53,232 bases of DNA from an uncultured Bacteroides sp. (GTDB taxonomy: Bacteria > Bacillota > Clostridia > Christensenellales > CAG-917). Below, one piece after another: positions 45,866-53,232 of the stretch. The position numbers and the translations under genes are program-made. Position 1 is the stretch's first letter; every line of letters begins with the position of its first letter. Under the pieces are notes generated by a model. That model saw only the letters and a program-made list of their open reading frames with translations, searched no databases and had not been told where the DNA came from. The DNA is taken from assembly GCA_964624745.1 (NCBI GenBank), contig CAZUZK010000006.1, forward strand, positions 1 to 53,232. Reading direction: 5' to 3'.

Positions 45866-48486
45866 TAGTCGAAAGAGAAAAATTATCTCCTATGATGAGA
45901 AGGTATTTTGAGATTAAAGACAACTACAAGGATTGCTTGTTGTTTTTCCGCCTAGGCGATTTCTACGAGATGTTCTTTGACGACGCAGTTACCGCGTCGA
46001 GAGCGCTTGATTTGACGCTTACCGGAAGAGATTGCGGACTTGAAGAGCGCGCGCCGATGTGCGGCGTGCCTTATCACGCTGTTGATAACTACGTCAGAAA
46101 GCTCATCGAAAACGGATATAGGGTTGCCATATGCGAGCAGTTGAGCGATCCTGCGACCTCAAAGGGACTTGTAGACCGCGACGTCGTGAGAGTTATCTCG
46201 AGCGGAACGGTGATGGAAGAGGATATTCTCGACGAGAAAAAATCCAACTATCTTTGCTCGATTTACACGGATAAAGCCGCCTTCGGCATGGCATGGACGG
46301 ATATTTCTACGGGCGAATTTAACGTGTACGAATACTCGGGCGAAAACTATACGGACAGGCTTTCCAACCTTTTGGGAAGCGTGGCTCCGAGCGAGATTAT
46401 CTGCAACGAGGACTTTCTTGTTCAATACTCGAAAATCCAATATTTTATCGGAAGCGAAAAAAGACCGAGATGTTACCACGATTTTGCATACAACGTAAAT
46501 ACCGCGACTAAAAAGCTTTGCTCGGCGTTTAACGTATCGTCGCTTTCGGTGTTTGAATGCGAGGGTAAAAACAATGCTATCTGCGCAACCGGCGGACTTT
46601 TGGAATACCTTTCGCAAACACAAAAAAGGAGTTTGGGGCAGCTGAATAAAATCGTTTTTCTGCACGATAAATCCTTTATGATGCTGGATACCGCTACACG
46701 CAGAAATCTCGAGCTGACAGAGCGCGCAAGAGACGGAAAACGTATTGGCTCGCTTCTTTACGTGCTTGATAAAACGTCCACCGCTATGGGCGCGCGCACG
46801 CTAAAAAGGTGGATTGAACAGCCCTTGCAGGACAGCGACGCAATCAACAAGCGTCTCGACGCCGTTGAGGATCTTATCTCTTCAAAGCAGACTAGAGAAA
46901 GAATGCACGACGCGCTCGAGGGAGCAAGGGATTTGGAAAGACTTAACGGGCGCTTGGCGTACGGCAACGCTTCGCCAAAGGATTTGCTTTCGATAAGCGA
47001 TACGCTCGACGTGATTCCTAGCATCAAAGACGCGCTTTCCGCTACGCAATCCAGCTTGCTTAAAAAAATCAATTCCTCCTTGCATTCTCTCGATAAGGTA
47101 AACGCGATTCTTCAAAGCGCACTCGATAGAGAAGGCGTGAACTCATATAAGACGGGCGGATACGTCAAAAAGGGTTACGACGATAATCTCGACGCGTTGA
47201 GAGATATTAAAAATTCCGCAAAGGAATGGCTTGCCAATCTCGAAGCAAGAGAAAGAGAGGAAACGGGTATTCGCACTCTTAAGGTCGGCTTCAACAAGGT
47301 CTTCGGCTACTATATAGAGGTTTCAAAATCCTTTACGGATAAGGTACCGTATCGCTATCAAAGAAAGCAGACGCTTGTCAACGGCGAAAGATACATAACC
47401 GACGAATTGAAGCAACTAGAAGAGAAAATATTGTCATCCGAGGCAAACGCACAGGCTCTTGAAGAGAGAATATTCTGCGAACTTAAGGAAGCCTGCTACG
47501 AGCATATATCCAAGCTCCAATCCAACGCGCAAGCATTGAGCGCGCTCGATTGCCTAACGTCATTTGCGACGGTTTCGGTTGCAAACGGATACGTGAAGCC
47601 GACAATCAACAAAAAAGTGAAGGCGATAAACATAGTCGAGGGTAGACACCCGGTTGTCGAAACGCTGTTGTCAAAAGGCTCGTACGTGCCTAACGACACG
47701 CTTCTTGACGATTGCGACAACCGCACTATGATTATAACCGGTCCGAATATGGCGGGCAAAAGCACGTATATGCGACAGGTTGCAATCATTACGCTCATGG
47801 CGCATATCGGCTGTTTCGTTCCTGCAAAATCGGCGCAAATCGCCCTTACCGACAGAATATTCACGCGTATCGGCGCAAGCGACGATTTGAGCGGCGGACA
47901 GAGTACGTTTATGGTGGAAATGATAGAGGTCGCCACTATTTTGAATTACGCCACGTCCTCGAGCCTGCTCGTTCTAGACGAAATCGGTAGGGGTACGTCC
48001 ACCTTTGACGGCTTGTCTATCGCTTGGGCGGTGCTTGAATATATCACCAAAAACCTCAAGGCAAAGACGTTGTTTGCAACGCACTTCCACGAGCTTACCG
48101 AGCTTGAGGATTTGGAGGGCGTGAAAAACTATAGGGTGCTTGTTAGTCAGTTTAAGGACACTATAGTTTTCCTGCACAAAATCGTCAGGGGCGGCGCGTC
48201 ACAAAGCTTCGGTATCGAGGTGGCGTCTCTTGCAGGCGTGAACAAGGCGGTTATCGAACACGCAAAAAGTATAATGCGCTCTCTTGAAGAGGATTCTAAA
48301 AACAGAGATACCAACGAGATGCTGCTGTCCTCGGCAAAGAAAAACGTCACGGCGCAGGTGAGCTTTTTCGATAGCGGAGAAAGCAAAATCGAAAAGCAAA
48401 TCCTAGATACGGACGTCGATAATTTGACGCCGATTCAGGCATTGACGATACTTTCGGATCTCAAAAAACAAATCGAAAACAAATGA
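45862..48486 (+). CDS. mutS: DNA mismatch repair protein MutS
   Basis: N-terminus SPMMRRYFEIK..FFRLGDFYEMF and Walker A GPNMAGKST. The TTG start overlaps the miaB TGA (TTTGA), with AAGGAGGA 7-9 nt upstream. Confidence 0.95.
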   Translation: MIVEREKLSPMMRRYFEIKDNYKDCLLFFRLGDFYEMFFDDAVTASRALDLTLTGRDCGLEERAPMCGVPYHAVDNYVRKLIENGYRVAICEQLSDPATSKGLVDRDVVRVISSGTVMEEDILDEKKSNYLCSIYTDKAAFGMAWTDISTGEFNVYEYSGENYTDRLSNLLGSVAPSEIICNEDFLVQYSKIQYFIGSEKRPRCYHDFAYNVNTATKKLCSAFNVSSLSVFECEGKNNAICATGGLLEYLSQTQKRSLGQLNKIVFLHDKSFMMLDTATRRNLELTERARDGKRIGSLLYVLDKTSTAMGARTLKRWIEQPLQDSDAINKRLDAVEDLISSKQTRERMHDALEGARDLERLNGRLAYGNASPKDLLSISDTLDVIPSIKDALSATQSSLLKKINSSLHSLDKVNAILQSALDREGVNSYKTGGYVKKGYDDNLDALRDIKNSAKEWLANLEAREREETGIRTLKVGFNKVFGYYIEVSKSFTDKVPYRYQRKQTLVNGERYITDELKQLEEKILSSEANAQALEERIFCELKEACYEHISKLQSNAQALSALDCLTSFATVSVANGYVKPTINKKVKAINIVEGRHPVVETLLSKGSYVPNDTLLDDCDNRTMIITGPNMAGKSTYMRQVAIITLMAHIGCFVPAKSAQIALTDRIFTRIGASDDLSGGQSTFMVEMIEVATILNYATSSSLLVLDEIGRGTSTFDGLSIAWAVLEYITKNLKAKTLFATHFHELTELEDLEGVKNYRVLVSQFKDTIVFLHKIVRGGASQSFGIEVASLAGVNKAVIEHAKSIMRSLEEDSKNRDTNEMLLSSAKKNVTAQVSFFDSGESKIEKQILDTDVDNLTPIQALTILSDLKKQIENK

Positions 48487-48511
48487 GCCGCTGTGCGGTC
48501 GGAGATAAAAC

Positions 48512-50440
48512 ATGAGCAAAATCAATATACTCAAGCCAAACGTTTTCAATATGATTTCGGCAGGCGAGGTGGTTCAAAGACCGTCTTCAGTCGTCAAGGA
48601 GCTTGTCGAAAACTCGATAGACGCCGGCGCATCGAAAATCGACGTGTACGTCGAAGAGGGCGGTATACGCAAAATTCAAGTGAGCGACAACGGTATAGGC
48701 ATCGAGCCGGACGATATGCGCAACGCTTTTATGCCGCACGCGACAAGTAAACTCGAGCAGATAACCGACCTCGATTCGCTTGCGACGCTAGGCTTCAGAG
48801 GCGAAGCGCTTGCCAGTATCGCGTCTGTGAGCGAGGTTATGCTTTCGTCAAAAAACAAAAACTCGGATTTAGCTTCAAAAATAGCGTTAGAAGGCGGAAA
48901 AGTTACGTTTGAAGGCATAGATTCAAGGGCAGAAGGCACGATAATCACCGTTGAAAATCTATTTTTCAATACGCCTGCGCGCTTGAAATTTCTAAAAAAA
49001 GCGACCAGCGAATTGCACTACGTAGAAGACGTCGTTAAAATGCTGATACTTGCAAATCCGTCCGTTGCCATATCCCTTTCAAACGAGGACGGAGTTGTGC
49101 TTTCAAACGACGGCGGAAGTCTTCACGACGCAATTTATTCGATATACGGCGCAAAAACCTCCGATAATTTGCTTGAAATCAATCAAAATCATATCGGGGC
49201 GATAAAGGTTGTCGGCTTTACCTCTAAGGTTGATTTTGTTAAACCGAACCGTACGTATCAAAATATTATAGTCAACGGCAGAGCCGTGCAGGACGTAACC
49301 ATACAAACGGCGGTAGAGAAGGCTTATTCGGAATTTTTGATGAAAAGAACGTATCCGATGTTCGTTTTGGATATTCTTTTGCCTTTTGACGAGGTTGACG
49401 TCAACGTTCACCCGTCAAAAACAGAAGTGCGTTTTAGAGATAAGCAATCCGTTTTCAGCGCGGTATATCACGCGGTTTTGGATACGATAAACGCAAGCAT
49501 CTCGGACATTTCCTTTGGATTTGACCTTTCAAACGACACGCAAAAACCAAACGACGATATATTGCCGAGCGCAAGCGTAAAATCCGACAGTATTGACCGA
49601 GCAAGCTCGGATAACGCTCGCATATCGCAAACGCATTTCGATACAACCAAGCTGTTTTCAGGCAAAACAACGCCCAAAAATTATATCGGACAAGACGTAT
49701 TTTCGGTGCCTAGCGGCGTGCTTAACGATTCTGCAATTCCATATTTCGGAAATTCAGATTTTACGCACAGTTCTAATGAGCCGATTGCAGGCACAAGCTC
49801 AAGCTTTGATGAAAGTATTATAAAAAATGACGAAATCGAGAATACGTTTTCAGACGAAATTGCGATTTTCGATGGGAAAATAATAGGGCAAATCTTCGAC
49901 ACGTATATCGTATGCGAAAGAAACGGGCTTGTTTACCTTATAGACCAGCACGCCGCACACGAGCGCATATTGTACGATAAGATTATCGAAAAATTCAACG
50001 TTGAATTTTCTCAACCGCTTCTGATACCTTATAAGCTGTCTTTAACTGGCGAGGAAGAGGAATATTTCGATAAAATATTGCCGAATCTCGAAAAACTCGG
50101 ATTTGAAATCGAACAAAACGGCAACGCATATCTCGTAAAAGCCGTGCCGGAACCTGTGTCCAAAATCAATTTTTCAAAGTTTTTCTCGGATTTGTTTGCA
50201 AATATGCTCAACGAAAACGAGCTGACTTTGGAAAATCTACTCAAAGACAAGCTCTGCCAGCAAGCCTGCAAAGCAGCAATCAAAGGCGGAGAATCACTGA
50301 CACGCGCACAAATCGAACGAGTTATCCGCTCGTACGTCGACGAAAACGGTATGCTTCCGACAAAATGTCCGCACGGAAGACCTGCCGTGATTGCGTTTAG
50401 TCAACGCGACGTCGAAAAGCTCTTTAAGCGCATCGTGTAA
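48512..50440 (+). CDS. mutL: DNA mismatch repair endonuclease MutL
   Basis: GHKL ATPase N-domain (AGEVV.RP.SVVKELVENSIDAG) and the C-terminal endonuclease motif DQHAAHERI. Confidence 0.95.
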   Translation: MSKINILKPNVFNMISAGEVVQRPSSVVKELVENSIDAGASKIDVYVEEGGIRKIQVSDNGIGIEPDDMRNAFMPHATSKLEQITDLDSLATLGFRGEALASIASVSEVMLSSKNKNSDLASKIALEGGKVTFEGIDSRAEGTIITVENLFFNTPARLKFLKKATSELHYVEDVVKMLILANPSVAISLSNEDGVVLSNDGGSLHDAIYSIYGAKTSDNLLEINQNHIGAIKVVGFTSKVDFVKPNRTYQNIIVNGRAVQDVTIQTAVEKAYSEFLMKRTYPMFVLDILLPFDEVDVNVHPSKTEVRFRDKQSVFSAVYHAVLDTINASISDISFGFDLSNDTQKPNDDILPSASVKSDSIDRASSDNARISQTHFDTTKLFSGKTTPKNYIGQDVFSVPSGVLNDSAIPYFGNSDFTHSSNEPIAGTSSSFDESIIKNDEIENTFSDEIAIFDGKIIGQIFDTYIVCERNGLVYLIDQHAAHERILYDKIIEKFNVEFSQPLLIPYKLSLTGEEEEYFDKILPNLEKLGFEIEQNGNAYLVKAVPEPVSKINFSKFFSDLFANMLNENELTLENLLKDKLCQQACKAAIKGGESLTRAQIERVIRSYVDENGMLPTKCPHGRPAVIAFSQRDVEKLFKRIV

Positions 50441-50491
50441 GCGCGCGTATATATAAGGATAAATAATAATATAGCAAGGCAAAATATATTT

Positions 50492-51451
50492 ATGGCAATC
50501 AAATACCAACCGATATATATCGCAGGTCCCACGGCGTCGGGCAAATCGGCGTTGGCAATCGAGCTTGCAAAAAGGCTCGACAGCGTTATCATTTCTGCGG
50601 ACAGTATGCAGATTTATAAAGGACTTGACGTTGGCACCGCAAAGGAAAGCGCGCAAATTCGCGCAATTTATCCGCATAAAATGATTGATATAGTCGACGC
50701 TGATAAAGAGTTTTCGGTCGCGGAATTTGCAAATATCGCAAAAATCGAAATCGAAAAAGCGCAAAATGATGGCAAGCTTCCTATAATCGTCGGCGGTACG
50801 GGATTGTATTTCGAGGCGTTGCTGTATCCGATGAGCTTCGGAAATACCATAAAAAACGACGAGCTTAGACAGCAACTCAAACTCGAGCTCGAGAATTTCG
50901 GCGCAGCCGAGCTTCATAAAAAGCTTGAAAAATTGGATTTTGAAACCGCAAAACGCTTACATGAAAACGATACTAAACGCGTTATGCGCGCCTTGGAAAT
51001 CGTTTTGACAACGGGAAAAACTCTCGCCGAATCCGAAGATAAACGCGAAAATCCCGACGTAATTATGGTTGCGCTCGACACCGAGCGTGCCGCGCTGTAC
51101 GACAAAATCAACCGTCGCGTCGATAAAATGTTCGACGACGGCTTGGTCGAGGAGGTTTTTAGCGTCGGCAACTTCGGTTATCAATCAATGCAGGCAATCG
51201 GATATAAGGAATTTTCCGACTGTGAATACTCGATTGAGGACGGAAAAATCGTTATCGACGACAAAACGCTCGGCGAAATCAAAGAAAAAATCAAACAACA
51301 CACGCGAAATTATGCAAAAAGACAGCTGACTTGGTTTAGAAAATATGATTTCGTGCGCTGGTTTGACGCTCAAAAGCCTCAAGAAGCACTGGATTATCTT
51401 CTTGAAAAAATCAAAGAAAAATCGTCGCAAAATGCTGCGAATAATCAATAA
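50492..51451 (+). CDS. miaA: tRNA dimethylallyltransferase
   Basis: P-loop GPTASGKS plus family-typical motifs (DSMQIYKGLDVGTAK, GGTGLY). Confidence 0.95.
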   Translation: MAIKYQPIYIAGPTASGKSALAIELAKRLDSVIISADSMQIYKGLDVGTAKESAQIRAIYPHKMIDIVDADKEFSVAEFANIAKIEIEKAQNDGKLPIIVGGTGLYFEALLYPMSFGNTIKNDELRQQLKLELENFGAAELHKKLEKLDFETAKRLHENDTKRVMRALEIVLTTGKTLAESEDKRENPDVIMVALDTERAALYDKINRRVDKMFDDGLVEEVFSVGNFGYQSMQAIGYKEFSDCEYSIEDGKIVIDDKTLGEIKEKIKQHTRNYAKRQLTWFRKYDFVRWFDAQKPQEALDYLLEKIKEKSSQNAANNQ

Positions 51452-51465
51452 AATATAGGAAAAAT

Positions 51466-52713
51466 ATGGACAAAACTGCTGCTAAAAACCTTGTGGCTCA
51501 ATGCGAAATCGAGCTGAAAGAACAATTTGCGCGACTTGACGACATCGCGCTTTACAATCAAAAAAAAGTGCTTGACGCCTATAAAAGTCAAGCTATTCAG
51601 GCTCGCCATATGTTCGGCACGACCGGCTACGGCTACGACGACATCGGCAGAGATACTCTTTGCAGACTTTATGCGGAGATTTTCCACGCGCAAAGCGCGA
51701 TTGTTTCGCCGAATATCGTTTCGGGTACGCACGCGCTTACGCTGATGCTTTTCGGCGTTTTGCGCCCGGGCGATAAGCTTTTAGCGGTTTCGGGAATGCC
51801 GTATGACACACTTACGGACGTAATTTTGGCGGAAAATAAAGGCTCACTTAAGGATTTCGGCGTAAAATTCGATAAAATCGATTTGAAAACCAATCCCGAT
51901 TTGACGCCGCAATTTGATTTTGACGCAATTAAACACGCACTTGAAAACGAAAAAATCAAAGCCGTATTTCTCGCAAGAAGTCGCGGATACAGCCTACGTC
52001 AAGCAATAAGCGTGGAAAAAGTCGCCGAATTGGTCGCTTTTGTCAAAAAAATCAGCCCGGAAACGCTTGTTTTGGTCGATAATTGCTACGGCGAATTTGT
52101 CGAAAAAATCGAACCGACCGACGTCGGCGCAGATTTGATCGCCGGTTCGCTAATCAAAAATATCGGTGGCGGTATCGCGCCTACAGGCGGTTACGTCGCC
52201 GGCAGAGCCGATTTGGTCGAGCTTGTTTCATATCGCTTGACCGCGCCGTCGCTAGGCATGGAGGAAGGCTCGTACGCATACGGTTATTTGCCGTATTATC
52301 AAGGGCTTTTCCTTGCGCCGTCTGCGGTAAAAAATGCGCTTAAGGGCTCGCTTTTGTTTGCAAAAGCCTACTCGAAACTCGGATTTGAAACGCTTCCGCG
52401 CGACGATATGTATCCGTACGATATCGTTACGAGCATTAAGCTCGGTTCGGCGGATAAGCTCATCGATTTTTGCGGCGCAATTCAGGAAATTTCGCCGATT
52501 GACAGCAACGTAAAGCCGATGCCGTGGGATATGCCCGGATACCAAGACCAAGTTATTATGGCTGCAGGCGCGTTTGTGCAAGGTTCTTCGATAGAATTAA
52601 GCGCAGATTCGCCCATAAAAGAACCGTATATCGTGTACGTCCAAGGCGGACTTACGTACGAACACGCATATTTGGCGGTTTTGCATACGCTCGAAACGCT
52701 AAATTTCGACTGA
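51466..52713 (+). CDS. ynbB: Aluminium-resistance-family / YnbB-like PLP-dependent (Met gamma-lyase-like) protein
   Basis: 415 aa. The N-terminal region ...YGYDDIGRD.L...YA..F.A..A.V.....SGTHA is typical of this family. Confidence 0.8.
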   Translation: MDKTAAKNLVAQCEIELKEQFARLDDIALYNQKKVLDAYKSQAIQARHMFGTTGYGYDDIGRDTLCRLYAEIFHAQSAIVSPNIVSGTHALTLMLFGVLRPGDKLLAVSGMPYDTLTDVILAENKGSLKDFGVKFDKIDLKTNPDLTPQFDFDAIKHALENEKIKAVFLARSRGYSLRQAISVEKVAELVAFVKKISPETLVLVDNCYGEFVEKIEPTDVGADLIAGSLIKNIGGGIAPTGGYVAGRADLVELVSYRLTAPSLGMEEGSYAYGYLPYYQGLFLAPSAVKNALKGSLLFAKAYSKLGFETLPRDDMYPYDIVTSIKLGSADKLIDFCGAIQEISPIDSNVKPMPWDMPGYQDQVIMAAGAFVQGSSIELSADSPIKEPYIVYVQGGLTYEHAYLAVLHTLETLNFD

Positions 52714-52745
52714 AATTTAATGCAAATTGCAAAAATTTGACAAGG

Positions 52746-52780
52746 AAAAGCGAGATTATCGCAAGATTTTCTCGCTTTTT
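52746..52780 (+). terminator. Candidate intrinsic terminator after the ynbB-like gene
   Basis: AAAAGCGAGA-(14-nt loop)-TCTCGCTTTT followed by a T-run. The loop is rather large. Confidence 0.45.
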
Positions 52781-53232
52781 ACAGTCAATCGACCAAGCAT
52801 TTTCAACAGTGTTTTCAGCGGTAAAATTGACCGCATAATCGATGTGAAATCATAGATGCAAATCGACGGTATAATCGACCGTTTTAATGGAGTTTATAAC
52901 GCAGATTCGATAAAGCTATTGCGAAGAAAACGGCAAAATTACGCAAGAAAACGATAAATTCAGTCAAGCTTATCTTGTGAAAGGCGCATGTGAGCGCAGA
53001 CGACTGAAGAATCGGTTGATTAACCGAATAGAGTAAATAAACCATATGAAACGCAACTGCAAAAGCGCAAAAGCTTGCGGATCGTTCGGAATTTAAAGTG
53101 GCTAATCGGGTTTTGAAATCAGTATTTTATTGACGAAATTGAGCGATTAAAATCCGAATTTGAGTTTAACTGAAAACCTGAAAATTTAAGCGGAAATTAA
53201 AAATAATATATCAAACGATATAAAATATACAA

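Noticed and set aside
53046-53096. 16-codon ORF MKRNCKSAKACGSFGI in the terminal non-coding tract
   Set aside because: It has no Shine-Dalgarno sequence, no recognisable peptide family and no supporting context.
1-53232. Looked for mobile elements, prophage or defence islands, tRNA/rRNA genes and toxin-antitoxin pairs
   Set aside because: I found no transposase, integrase or recombinase-like ORFs, no terminal inverted repeats flanking a gene block, no tRNA-like cloverleaf candidates and no abrupt compositional island. The window is core housekeeping DNA.

Overview
This is a contiguous chromosomal segment with Firmicutes (Clostridia-like) gene order. It is almost entirely housekeeping and almost all genes are on the + strand. 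In order: SAM-type riboswitch-EamA transporter, veg, PLC-like protein, GNAT, a disordered DUF1508 protein (-), pcrA-ligA, yicC-gmk-rpoZ-coaBC-priA-def-fmt-rsmB-rlmN-rsgA-rpe, a 29-aa SpoVM-like micro-ORF, rpmB (-), asp23/yloU-yloV-recG. Next comes a promoter-driven ~580-nt non-coding structured region, followed by a 4-TM membrane protein gene and tlyA-nadK-argR-recN. Then: type-A RNase P RNA (-), a hypothetical membrane-anchored protein, pheST, an Smr-less mutS2 with a coupled membrane protein, nifZ-like desulfurase-thiI, class A PBP (-), miaB-mutS-mutL-miaA and a ynbB-like gene. The most interesting locus is 25343..26863. By size, lack of coding potential, its own consensus promoter and synteny (membrane protein, tlyA, nadK, argR, recN downstream), it looks like an OLE-class giant ncRNA with its OapA-like membrane partner. 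I could not run a covariance model, so the family call is inference. Secondary observations are a SAM-I-clan riboswitch on a DMT permease, MutS2 without an Smr domain, stop-codon-anchored tandem repeats in several intergenic regions, and several genes missing relative to canonical Firmicutes synteny (prpC/prkC, thiN, spoIVB/spo0A, hfq, dxs/ispA). I saw no tRNA or rRNA genes, CRISPR arrays, transposases or integrases. Long antisense ORFs in the track are shadows of the real genes.
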